This document shows, in pieces, positions 16,670 to 31,300 of a stretch of DNA of 64,000 bases (position 1 is its first letter; each line of letters opens with the position of its first letter). Source of the DNA: the human T2T-CHM13v2.0 reference genome, Homo sapiens; NCBI RefSeq assembly GCF_009914755.1, contig NC_060925.1. One strand, given 5' to 3'. The notes beneath the pieces were generated by a model. That model was not told the origin of the DNA and ran no database searches. It saw only the letters and a list, made by a program, of their open reading frames with translations. The translations under genes were made by a program, and so were the position numbers.

Positions 16670-17567
16670 TTTCCGCAGGTTTCTGGCTGCCTAGAAGGAC
16701 CCCTAAGCTAGGGGCGTCCACTCCAGAGCCTGATCCAAAACAGAACGCTAACGGCCGTTGCCCTTACATCTCTCATTTGGAAGTGACAGGTATTAAATAA
16801 CGGCATATGAAAGCTTAAAAGTCATCAAATACAATCACTGGGTGCTTTCGATTACCCAAACCAGGCACTTTCCTAAACTCCCCACTTCTTTACTTCTGCG
16901 GTCTCCTTTCTTTTATTCACGACACTTCGTCAAGCAGCCAAGAAGCCACGCCTTCGCCAGTTTTAGCCCCGCCTTCTTCTCCAAGTTTACCCAATTGAAT
17001 GTCGTCTTGATTGAGCTCTGTGGCAGAGGAAACCAACCGTAAACCGAACCAAGAGCGAAGCGCAGGGGCTCTTCCGTCCAATAAGCGGACCCGAACGGGG
17101 GGAGGGGCGGGGCTTCTGGTTGCCGAGCAGCGTACGCGGATGCGTGCGCGTGGTGGCGGAGGGGGATGGGCGGGGGCGGGGATGAGGGCGGCGCAGCCGC
17201 AGCGCCGGTGGAGGGGCGCGCGGCCGCGAGCAAAGGAGGGAGGGAAGGAAGGAAGAGAGGGAGGCGGGCAAGCAGGCGGGCGCGGGGGTCGGGGACTGAG
17301 GCAGTAGAGGGAGGCGAGAGCCCGGCAGCCGCTTCGCGCTGTTTGCTGCGCGGGCTTTTGGAGGGGGCGGCCGTTTAGTCGGCTGAGGAGAAGCGGACAC
17401 CAGCGGCGTTGGTGATAGCGCCTGGGGGAGGGGGACTGGAGAGGCGAGAAGGGGGGTCGCTGCGGTGGTTCTCTCGCTGTCGCTCTCTCTTTGCCTCGCT
17501 CCCGGCTCGGCGGGCTCCTCCCGGCGTCTCTCTCGCCTCCGGGGTCCCGCTCCCCGCCCCCCGCGGT

Positions 17568-17576
17568 ATGTCTTGA
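17568..17576 (+). promoter_or_regulatory. Minimal upstream ORF (Met-Ser-stop) in the HS2ST1 5' leader
   Basis: GGT ATG TCT TGA, ending 18 nt upstream of the HS2ST1 ATG; translation not shown. Confidence 0.7.
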
Positions 17577-17594
17577 TCCCGAGCAGCGGGTTTC

Positions 17595-17718
17595 ATGGGG
17601 CTCCTCAGGATTATGATGCCGCCCAAGTTGCAGCTGCTGGCGGTGGTGGCCTTCGCGGTGGCGATGCTCTTCTTGGAAAACCAGATCCAGAAACTGGAGG
17701 AGTCCCGCTCGAAGCTAG
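17595..17718 (+). CDS. HS2ST1: Heparan sulfate 2-O-sulfotransferase 1 coding exon 1 (cytoplasmic tail, type II transmembrane anchor, start of stem)
   Basis: MGLLRIMMPPKLQLLAVVAFAVAMLFLENQIQKLEESRSKL is the recognised HS2ST1 N-terminus. 124 nt, phase-1 donor TAG|GTGAGG at 17719. No further exon recognised, so 17719-64000 is intron 1. Confidence 0.97.
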
Positions 17719-19795
17719 GTGAGGAACTGAACTGCCCCGGGCTGAGTGCTGTGGAAGGGGCCGAGGAGGCGCTGCCGCCGGAGCAAGTGGGCGTTCATCT
17801 AACCTGGGGTCTGGCTCGGGGGCTGAAAGCGGTTTCAAAGAGAACCGGGAACAAGGGGCAGCGAGAGCACGAGCTCCAAGAATGGGTTGAATTAAGCTTG
17901 AGCGGCGTGCTGGGCTCGCGAGGTCACGGGGCAGAGGTTGCAAGGTTGGGCTTCCCTAGCCAAAGGGTAGCCCCGAAGTAGGCATTCCGCGGAGAGAGAG
18001 CGAGAGAGAAGACCGAACTCAGTGGGGAGCGTGTGTTGCTGGTCTCCGGAGACAGAAGCGCTTAGCATCGCGTGTTCTCTTGGAAGTCGTACAGGAAGCC
18101 CTGGCAATGTCAGATGAGGGGTATTCTAATTTGAGCTATGGGCATCTGGATACGAATTCTTTTGGGGGCTCATGAAGGGATAGGTGCGCAGAAATGGGAG
18201 GAGATGCTGGGATGACGGAGAGCAACATGTGAACACTGTAGCGAGTTGCACTCTTGTGCTCCGGGCAGCAAAGGACCTTGTAATTGCCAGCTGAGGGAGG
18301 CTGGCCGGGTAGTGCGGGAACGCGAGTGAAAAGCTTCATCGGAGTACGGAAATGAGGGTCCGGAGATTTAAATTCTTCTTTAGTGGCGCTAAACTGATGA
18401 ATTGGGGCTTGAGAATAGGGATGCCTATGTATGTTGCTTCACGGCAGTGTTGATGTGAATTTCGAAGAGGAGGGAACGCTGAAGGGGAATTATGTAGTGA
18501 AGTTTGTGTTTGTTAAAGGAAAAGTAGGATTATGCGGAAAGCTAACCATATGGTTAAATACCTTAAAGGGTTAACAGGTGCTTTAATGGATGAGGGGGTC
18601 TAAAGTACAAAAAGTTGGTGTGAAGTTGTGAAAGACAGGCCAGAAAAAAGCACAGATAATAGGTACTTTCGGATTAATAGGGCACTTTGGCATTTGGAAG
18701 AGCTCAGCATGGAGAGCGAGAGTTAAAAGAATGACAGTGATAAATTTTGATTTAAAAATGTACATGGCACTTAAAAATCAGCTCAAGAGGATGTAATTTG
18801 AATATGGAAAAGTAATGTGAAGTGTTTTTTGCATACTCTCACCTCAAAATCATTTTAAATACCTTTTGAGAAGCCAGCAAAAACAAAAACAAAAAACCCT
18901 CAGCAGTGTAATTTAGACTAAGAAATAGATGTTACTGTGAGTGGATGATTAATTTTTAGGAAAAATGTACCAGAAAATAATTGTAATATTATGTATAGTA
19001 GCTATTTTGGTACAAGGCTTTGCAAAAGCCTTGACATTTTAAAGAGCCTTGAAAGAAAAACCATCAAGTAAATCTGAGTGAAGTGCAACTAAAGTTGGAG
19101 GAAAACTAGAGTTACTTCCAGCCCTCAATTCTAGAGTAAAATTTGAAGAGATACTCAGTTTATTTACGAATTCCTTTATTAATATGTATCTTGTGTGGTG
19201 GAAAAAAATGTCCACTTTAAATATTGAAGGTTATCCAGTCTGGTTTTTCTTTTCTTTTGGATCCATTTAGCGACATTCAGGGTCATATTCTGGCGTTATT
19301 AATGATCCAGCTCTACAGAAAAAAAGACTCCTCTTGAAGTGGAAAGTTATATTAAAATTAAAATTTGTACTTATTTTTTGTTTTGTTACTATTTGGAATT
19401 GTCTGGAGTTGATTTCTTAGACACGTTACAGTGGGTTAGAATGACTTAAATTTTTGATTTTCCTCCTTTCCTAACATTTCTTTCCCCATATACTTGAAAA
19501 TTGCTTCCATAGACACAATCTGAATGATTTTTAAAAGAAAGTTATCTGAAGATGTATAATGCCACAGTTAAAATATAAAGTGCTTTCTTGTGATACAAGA
19601 AAGAAAATTTCATAAAAAGTAGTAAATATGCATCAAAATCCTCCTGGGACTACAGATGGGTATACCTGGGAGTACAGGTGGGTGTTACCATGCCTAGCAG
19701 AGGAAACCATATTTTGACAACCATATTCTGTACTAGGCACTTTTCATCGTAGATACTCGTGTTTAAAGTAAGAACACCATTTAAAGCCATTTTTG

Positions 19796-20106
19796 ACCAG
19801 ACACGGTGGCTCACGCCTGTAATCCCAGCACTTTGGGAGGCCGAGGCCGGCGGATCATTTGAGGTCAGGAGTTCGAGACCAGCCTCGCCAACATGGTGAA
19901 ACCCTATCTCTACTAAAAATACAAAAATTAGTCGGGCGGGGTGGCGGGCGCCTGTAATCCCACCTACTCAGGAGGCTAAGGCATGAGAACCGCTTGAACC
20001 TGGGAGGCAGAGATTGCAGTAAGCCAAGATCACACCACTGCACTCCAGCCTGGGCAATAGAGTGAGACTCAGTCTCAAAAAAAAAAAAAAAACCAAAGAA
20101 CAACAG
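19796..20106 (+). mobile_element. AluS element
   Basis: TSD AAAGCCATTTTTG; sits in MIR-like sequence. Confidence 0.92.
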
Positions 20107-20809
20107 AAAGCCATTTTTGCAGATGCAGGAACAGGCTTAGAGAGGTTATATAACTTGCCCAAGACCACATCACATTTAAGTGGCAGAGCCAGGATTGCAA
20201 CCCAGGTATGTATGATTCCAAATCAAGTGCTCCTTTAATTATGTCCGGCTGCTTAAGACTTTATATTGACATTACGCTGAGATTTAGGTATTTGAATAGA
20301 GTTTTAAAATTGTAATATCAGTGTTTAATTGCATTTATTGCTAAGAATGAATATCATTCAGAGAAAATTGAATTTCTGATACAAAGGAATTGGTTTAATG
20401 TAACGTCTGCCCCTTGTTTAGATTCATGTAATGAACATAATTATGTTACCCAATGAAACAACTGAATTAGATAGCTTATTTTTACTATAGGAAAGAAAAA
20501 TCTAGCTGTTTTCCATACGTGCAAAATCACAATGTTAAAAAAGCATTTTTATTTTGGCATAAAAAACCTATTAAACATTTTGTCCTTAAAAGTAGTTATT
20601 ATCATTTTCATTGTAGAAGATTCCAAAGGATAGTATTGTCTGATAGTGGCTTTAATATACCTTGATTTGAGAGTACAGTATTTTGATGGTGAGACTTCTA
20701 ATAGAGCAATAGATGTATTCAAAACTGAGGTGTACTCATTGACTACTTGGGAAATTCACTAATTAGGAATTCCTAAAAAAAAAAATTCAGTAATACAGCT
20801 TTTTATTTT

Positions 20810-22160
20810 TATTTTTTAAAAAACAAATATGGCATTGTAGTCCACATATTACAATGCGGCTTGCTTTTTTTGCCTTGAATGTTATACACATCTTTCCAGG
20901 TCAGTACATATAGATGTGACTTACTCATTCTATTAATAATAGCTGTATAATATTCCAAAGTATGCATGTATCATAAATTATTAAGCCATTATTCTAGTAA
21001 CGGACATTCAGTTTGTCCCCCATCTGTCGTGTGTGTGCGTGTGTATATATACATATATATATAATTTTTTTGAGTGTTTCTTTTCTTTCTTGGTATTATA
21101 AACAATTATAGGAAACATCCTTATGTGTCCGTTTAACTCATGTTGATGTCATTTTGTGCTAGGATGAATTCTGTATGTGAGATTGCTGGGACAAAGAATA
21201 TACATATTTTATAATTTAACAGATTTAAAAATCTACTTTTCAACATTTTTTTGTTTTTCAAAAGATGTAGTAATCTACACTGCCAGCACACATTCATTAG
21301 CACTAGAAGATAATCAGCTTTTAATTTTTGCCAGTGTGAAGCTGTGAAATGATATATTCAATTAATTTACCTTCTAATTTCTAGGTAGGTTGAACATCTT
21401 TACATGTTTATTGCCCTTTTATTTGTTACTTTTTTCTATTTTTCTATTGGGTGGTTTACTTTTTTTTTTAAATATTAGAATTAGTAATCCTTTATCTGTC
21501 CTATGTCTTTTTTAAATTTTTTTTATTTTTATTTATTTATTTATTTATTTATTTTTTTGAGATGAGCCTTGCTGTCACCCAGGCTGGAGTGCAGTGGCAC
21601 GATTTCGGCTCACTCCTGCCTCAGCCTCCCAAGTAGCGGGGATTGCAGGTACGTGCCACCACGCCCAGGTAATTTTTGTATTTTTAGTAGAGACAGGGTT
21701 TCACCATGTTGGCCAGGCTGGTCTTGAACTCCTGACCTCAAGTGATCTGCCCCCCTCTGCCTTCCAAAATGCTGGGATTACAGGCATGAGCCACTGCACC
21801 CGGCCTCTTATTTGTTTTTGTCCAAGTTTGCCATTTGTTTCTTGACTTTATGGTGTGTTTTGCTCATATAGAAGTTTTAAAATACACACAGTTAAATCTA
21901 TCAATTTAGGGAAGTCGTTTTCATATTTTGCTTAGGAAGACTTACCCAGAGCCAGGATTGTGTACATTTTCTGTATTTTATTATAGTATTTTATAGTTTA
22001 TTACATTTGGCTCTTTAAACCATTTGTATGTTTACAGAGATTTATCATGATTTTCTCAGTAAATCATTTTTTCCAACTGTATGTTAACATTCCTTCTTTT
22101 AATCACATACTAAGTTTTCATATGTTCTTGGATCAATTTTGGATGCTATTTTCCATTAAT
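20810..22160 (-). mobile_element. Degenerate old L1 (L1ME-like) 3' fragment, interrupted by an Alu
   Basis: Antisense L1M-like motifs (TATTCCAAAGTATGCATGTATCATAAATTATTAAGCCATT, GAGATTGCTGGGACAAAGAATAT, GTTGAACATCTTTACATGTTTATTG). Confidence 0.55.
21508..21805 (-). mobile_element. AluS element with right-arm deletion and (TTTA)n tail
   Basis: Antisense Alu; the GGCTCAC|TCCTGCCTCAGCC junction lacks ~30 bp. Confidence 0.9.
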
Positions 22161-23474
22161 CAGAGATTCTTTAAACCTCGGGGACCCATAAATAGGCTTC
22201 AAGGTATCAGTGAATTCCCTGAAATTATATACATAACTTTCATCAGATTTGCAAAGGAGTATGTGATTCCTTTAATGGCAAGGATCACAGATTTATAGTA
22301 GATGTTTCATATTTAGTGGACTTTTTTTTGTTTTTAGTAACATAACGTGCAGATTGTGAGTTAAATTTAGGAGATAAGCTTATTACCTGTGAAAAAGAGA
22401 AGTTTTTCAACTTCAAATGAAGTTAATACTTCATTGTATTAAAATGTAGACTTAATTTTCTAGTGAGAAATGGAAAAGGACAGGGAATCCAAATGAAAAC
22501 TATTTAACTGTGACTCGTTACTATAAAATGTCAGAATTTGTGGCTGGTAAAAAGTAGTTCTTCCCGAATTTCAAGAGCGCACTTGTTGCTAATATTGACT
22601 GGTCGAACAGTGCAGTGAAATATTTTCTCACATAAGTGATAGAACTATGTGCTTGGTAACTTTATTTTCTATAGGGTTTTAGCATTGTAAATAATATTTG
22701 TTGACTGTATTCTTACATCTCTATATGGATTTATGAGCACATTAGGAATAATCTTTTACATGGGGAAAATAATTGAGAATGGATTATGTAATCATCCATT
22801 GGTGAGAATTAATGTTAGTCATTATGTTCTTAAAACTCTACTAGACTAAACAACTAATTCCAGGGCCAAGGTTGAGACTGCTTTTTGGAATTTGGTAGTT
22901 TTTACAAGTAAGTTCCTGAAACCATGCAGCAATACCTGTAAGATGTTCCAGAGAATGCTAGATTTCCTCACTTCTGAAATCATTTGGAAAACCTCATAGT
23001 AGCTACTGTTTTGAGGACTTTGGGTTAATAGGAATACAGTTATTCTAGAATTGGTAATTGGTGCCTCACTTATTAGTCTTGAATAGGATGTCTAGTGCCA
23101 TGGAGTAGTCACCTGAAATAGTTGATCTCAATTAAGATAATTCCAGGATGTCTGTCCACCACTCTGGTAGGCCTTCTAATAGCTTTTTGGCACTTAGAGA
23201 AATTGAAATAATAATGAATGTTCAAAGATTGCTCTCCAGAAGACCATTTTTGAAGGATGTACTTATAGATGAACTTCATAATCATGGTTCACTATAGCCT
23301 AGTTATTTTTAAGATCTACCCACCTACCAGTACCTGTACTTACGTATTCTGCCTTTCTGCCTGTTAACAATAGATGGTAACTGTCAGTGCTCCTGTTCGG
23401 TCATTTGTGCACCTGATTCTGTTGCCTCACTTACCTAAAGACATGGTTCCCGAAGCTTTCCCTCATTCTCCTGT

Positions 23475-23665
23475 CACAATGTATTCTTGAAAATTGCTAA
23501 GAGAGTGGATTTTAAGTGTTTTCACCATACCAAAAAAAAAAGTATGTGAGGTAATGCATGTTGTCTTAATTAGCTTGATTTAGCCATCCATGATATATAC
23601 ATGTTTTAAAACATGTTGTACATGATAAATATATACAGTTTTGTCAATTACAAATGAAAAAAAAA
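23475..23665 (+). mobile_element. L1MA-type 3' end
   Basis: CTTGAAAATTGCTAAGAGAGTGGATTTTAAGTGTT..CACCA...ATGTGAGGTAATGCAT...TAATTAGCTTGATTTAGCCAT followed by an A-tail. Confidence 0.8.
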
Positions 23666-24006
23666 CTATCTTGGTAAATGTTCCAGGTGAACGTGAAAAA
23701 TATGTATTCTGTTGTTATTGGCTGAAGTATGCTGTAGATGTCGGTTGGTAGTATTGTTATGGTGTTTTGTATTCTTGATTTTTTTCTGCCTCTTCATCAG
23801 TTATGGAGAGGGGTTTTGAAATCTTTGATAATTGTGGATTTGTCTGTTTTTCTTGTAGTTATGTCACTTTTTGCTTCATGTATTTTGAAGTGCTGTAATT
23901 AAGTATATGCACATTTAGGCTGTCATGTCTTCTTGATGGACCAACCCTTTTTTTTATACAAGATACCATCTTTATCCTTGGTAATATTCTTTGCTCTGAA
24001 ACCTAC

Positions 24007-24376
24007 TGCTGTGGTGTTAATGTCTCCCCCAAAATTCACATGTTGGAAACTTAATCTCCGATGCAACAGTATTGGGGCGGGAGGTGGAGGGTGTTTAGGT
24101 GATGAGGGCTCTCCCCTCATAACTGTATTAATACTGTTATAAAAGAGCTTGTGGCAGTGTGTTCTCTTTTTTCTACGTAAGAAGACAGCATTTGTCCCCC
24201 TTTTGCCATTTCTACCCCCAACCATGTGAGGATGCCACAAGAAGTCCCTCAACAGATGCTGGTGTCTTGATTTTGGACTTCTCAGTTTCCAGAACTGTGA
24301 AGAAATACATTTCTGTTTTCTATAAATTACCCAGTCTCAGGTATTTTGTTATAGTACCACACAATGGACTATGATA
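24007..24376 (+). mobile_element. MLT1A-like MaLR solo LTR
   Basis: TGCTGTGG...CCCCCAAAATTCACATGTTGGAAACTTAATC...AAATTACCCAGTCTCAGGTATTTTGTTATAG...GGACTATGATA; TSD CCTAC/CTTAC. Confidence 0.85.
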
Positions 24377-24978
24377 CTTACTTTGTCTAATACTAATACA
24401 GACACTTCAGTTTTCTTTTGATTAGTGTCAGGTGGTATATCTTTTCCCATCCTGTTAATATTAACCTACTTGTGTATTTATATTTAAAGTGGATTTTTGG
24501 TAGACAGCATCTAATCTTTCATCTAATTTCACAATCTCTTTTGTTAATGGAATGTTTAGAACACTTAATGTGATTATTGATGTGGTTGGGTTTAAATTCG
24601 TGAGTTGCTATTTGTTTTCTGTTTATCTTAACTGTTCTGTGATTCCTTTTTTTCTGTTGTCTTTAGGATTAAAGGGGTATTTTTAAATTCCATTTTTTAA
24701 TTTGATGACTTACTAGCAGTGCTCTTTGTTGTTGTTTTTTTTTTTAAGTGGTTGCTTAAGGGTTTATGGTATACATGATAGAATTTCATGCGTAGTATAA
24801 GAACCTTAATATATTACCACTTTTTTCTGGGTTCTTGCTATCGTCATTATACATTTTACTTCTATACATGAGTCCTACAATACATTATTATTTTTGCTTT
24901 AACTTATATTTTAAAAATATATAAAATGTTTAAAAATTTTTTAAAAATTTGCTGACATATTTACCATTCCCAGTGTTC

Positions 24979-24985
<7 letters not shown>

Positions 24986-25026
<41 letters not shown>
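24986..25026. repeat. (TG)20 microsatellite
   Basis: Uninterrupted TG run. Confidence 0.97.
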
Positions 25027-25029
<3 letters not shown>

Positions 25030-25802
25030 CAGATTTTCATGTGGTACCATTTTTTTCACTCTGAAGAATTTCTTTTAACATTACTTACACTTAAAAATAT
25101 ACTGGTGATGAATTCTTTTCATTTTGTGTGTCTGAAAAAGTCTTTATTTGCTATAGTGTTTGAAGGATATTTTTGTTGGGTATAGAATTCTAAGCTGACA
25201 TTTTTGTTGTTTCAGTACTTTAAAGATATTGCTTCATTGTCTTCTGGCTTGCATTGTTTCTGATGAGAAGGTTGCCATCATTCTTTGTTCAACTATATGT
25301 AGCGTGTCTTTTATTTTTCCTCTTTTGCCTACTTTTAAGAGTTTCACTAGGTTTTTAATTATTTAATTATTAAATTATGTTTCTTGTGCCCTTGTATTAT
25401 GTTTCTTGTGCCTGGGGTTTGTTGAGCTTCTTGGATCTGTGAGTTTACAGTTTTTATTACATTTAAACATTTTTGGCTATTATTTCTTCACGTTAGTTTT
25501 TCTATGCTGCTTCTCCTCTCAGGAACTCAAAATACACTTACATTAGACCACATGAAATTGTTCTACAGTTCAGTGATGTTCTATTCATCATTCTCAGTCT
25601 TTTTGTGTGTGTGTGTGTTGTTTTAGATAGTTTTTACTGCTAGGTCTTTAATTCACCAATCCTTCTGCAGTATGTAATCCACTTTTAATATTACCCAGTT
25701 TATTTTTTATCTCAGGCGTTGCCTCCCACTCCTCCCCCTGCCCTTCTAGAAGTTTAATATAGGTCTTTAAAAAATTATGTATCATTTCTTTCCTTAACAT
25801 CC

Positions 25803-28338
<2,536 letters not shown>

Positions 28339-31300
28339 CATGCTTTTCCTAATTTTTTTTGAACAAGTGGAATATTGTTATAATAACTCTTTCTGGTGCT
28401 GTTGTCTACTAATTCTATCATCTGGGTCATTTCTTGGTTGCTTTCTATTGATTTGCTTTTCTCTACATTATGGGCCATATTTTCTTCTTTACGTGTCTGG
28501 TAATTTTTAACTGGATGGCAGACATTATTTTACCTTGCTAGGTCCTGGATATTTCCATATTCCTATAAATACTTTCAAACTTTGTTTTGGGACATACTTA
28601 AGTTATCCAGAGACAGTTTTGTCTTTTTGAGGCTTGCTTTTAAGTTTGTTTGATGGCACCACAAAGCCTTTAGCCTAGGACTAATTTTGCTCCATTACTG
28701 GCAGTCCCTTGTAGTGCCCTTCAGAGTATTCCACCCAGTGCCCTGTGTATTACAAGGTTTTGCCACTTTGGCTGAAGGGAACACTGGTTGAGTGAATTCC
28801 CAAAATTGTTCCACCTGCCCATTTTGAATGGTTCTTTTTTGGCCTCAGTTTCTTAACACATATACACTGAGAGGTACTCTGCTGAAAATTCTGTTTTTAG
28901 CTCTGTCCTCTTCAGTGCACTGCCCGGCAAACTTCAGCCGCCTTGTCTTTCCTAAAACCTTGATTCTCGCTCCTTAATTCAAGGAGAATGTTGGATCCCT
29001 GAATTAGACTGAGTTCTCTCTCCCTGTGCTATAGCCTAGAAACTCTCTCAGGCAGTCATAAGACTCACTTCATTTCCTTTTTCTCAGGAATCCTCATACT
29101 ATGCTGATTTCCTGTTTAATGTCCAAAGTCTGAAAATTGCTGTTCTCTATTTTATCATTTTGTTTTGTTGTTTCAGGTAAGAGGGTAAATTCAGTCTCTT
29201 TTACTTCATCTTGGCTAGGGGTAGAAACTGGGTGAATCTTTGATTGTGTGTCCCCAAGTTGACTGAGGGGAAAGTAGTGAAGTTGGATCATTTGAATTAT
29301 ACTTAGTAATTAAAACTAATATTGTAAATTCAGGGAAAGAATCATGGTTTTATTATGTCTCTTGATTTCTTCATAATCTCTAGCATGGTATTGAGCACAG
29401 GCCTTAGCAAGTTGTTAACTGAAAGTTAGGCGAGACTTATCCATGATAGTCCCACCTTCCTCCTTCCTTATAGAAGTTTCAAGCGTATGTTAGTTAATTC
29501 TTTGAAGTGTTATCAATTTTATTCTGATTTTAAGAAACCAGGCCTTTTGTATCCCTTTAGATACAGCTGAGTCTAAGAGGAAGACTCTTTCAGACTGGCT
29601 GATGAACCATCTGGCTCCAGAAGAGGTTTTTGCTTTTCCTGTTAGTATGGTTCTTGAGCTAACTGGTCACATTCTTGCTGGGTGTGGCTGGATAAATAGT
29701 TCTGTTCAGAGGCTTCTTTCCTGTATTCCTTCCAGAATACCTTTATACCAAGCTAAGTAATGGGGAAGAGAATCAGAGGGATGGTAGTGCTAATAGTAGT
29801 TATATTCAATATGTTGCATGTATAGAAAATGCATATAGTTTGCCCTATGGTGAATATTATCATTATAGTCCTCAGATCTTCAACGTGGCATGGTACAATT
29901 CTTGCTAAAGGTAGTTAGGTTGTGCTGAACCTGTGAGTACTCTAAAGTGTCAAGGAGAAGTCTTTTAAATTGTAACTCTTGGCTTCTCCTGTGGGAAGGT
30001 AGTGATTTGAAAATGGTGAATTGACTTGCTGCTTATATAGCAACTTAAAACTGGATTTAGAGGGAAAGTAATGTCCACTTTCCTAAATTCCAGCACAAGT
30101 TAGGAATAATCCATTAGTATCACCTTATGTTTTTCCATTATTTATTTTTAAATTCGTGACATAGCTAGAAATAAGTGATTTGTACAGGTAAGCACTCAGA
30201 AATGACTATAAAGAGTGATCAGATGATGTCAGTTGGGAAAGGAGAGTTGTGTTGAAAACCCTTCGATTTTTGCTTGGTATGGTTAAGGATTTGAGGTTAA
30301 GTGGCTATGCAAGTGCAGACTAACTCTTGGCATATTTATTTCTAATTACAAACTACTTTTGAGTTGGGCTTAATGAATGTAATTTAGAGATGTTATTGGT
30401 TCATTGATAAGCTTCTGCTATGTAGTCCCTGTATGCTGTGAAGCAAAACACTATAGGAAATGGGCTAATCAAACTAGTTTTATTTTTTTCTGCTGCTTAA
30501 GTTGGTAGTCTGAGTCTCCATAGCTTGTCTTCAGACAATGAATTGTACATCAAATACTCTGTTACTATCATGCTTTCAAAATAATGCTTTATTACAGTAT
30601 GTCTTTGTTAATAGTAACTTAAAAATTGAAATCTTTAGAAGAAACTAACTGCGCAGCATAAACATTCAAACTAAAATCTTGCTGCAAACCTGAATTTTTA
30701 TAGTGTATTCAGTAGAGTTGTAAATTCTGCCCTATTTTTGTTCTAAGACTTTGATGATTAGGGCTATCTGCGTCTTTCAGTTTCTAAGGTGTGATGTAAA
30801 AGGACATTATCTTAAGTTTTCAGTGATAAAAAATATACTATTTTAAATATAGGCAGGAATATTAGAGCTTTGAGTGAAATTGAATTACTGGATTAAAATC
30901 AATAAAATCCTTCTTCAACCTTGCATTTGATTAACTTGTTCAAATTTTGTCCATGACAAACTGAAACTGGCTCAGGAGTGAGGTTTGACACTAAGATTCT
31001 TGAACTATATTTAGATTTGATCTGTATTTAAGATTCTTGATTTATATTCTGTATTTGGGTGTTAAGAAAGTGCCTCCAATTGCCAGTATTTTTATTTCAA
31101 CACAGTCTTATTGCTTTTCAACACACCCACCTCTTATTAACTGTTGGATGTTCCCAGAATGTTATACACCTCTGGCAGAAAAACTCAGTTGTTTCCTCTA
31201 TAGAAAGGCTGATTAGAAAGACTGGCTTAACATGATTTTAATGTATTTTAATAGATAGTTTCTGCATTTTTAAAAATAAAATAGAAGAAAACATTCATCA

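Larger units (their letters stand above)
16400..18400. promoter_or_regulatory. CpG island / bidirectional promoter shared by SELENOF and HS2ST1
   Basis: Sharp rise in GC and CpG against AT-rich flanks; divergent start codons ~925 bp apart. ETS-like CTTCCG 17071-17076, CCAAT 17078-17082, GC box GGGGCGGGGC 17104-17113, further GC boxes 17168-17180; no obvious TATA. Confidence 0.9.

Noticed and set aside
16985-17100. ER-stress element (CCAAT-N9-CCACG) for SELENOF
   Set aside because: Neither CCAAT (16991, 17078) is followed by CCACG at the required spacing.
17719-17981. Extension of the HS2ST1 ORF to 128 aa
   Set aside because: Read-through past the canonical donor into CpG-island intron; no recognisable protein similarity.
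16842-18339. Multiple ORFs on both strands around the promoter
   Set aside because: Expected in a CpG island; low-complexity translations with no supporting exon structure.
19013-19033. CAAGGCTTT-GCA-AAAGCCTTG hairpin
   Set aside because: An isolated 9-bp stem is near chance expectation in 64 kb and has no other supporting motif.
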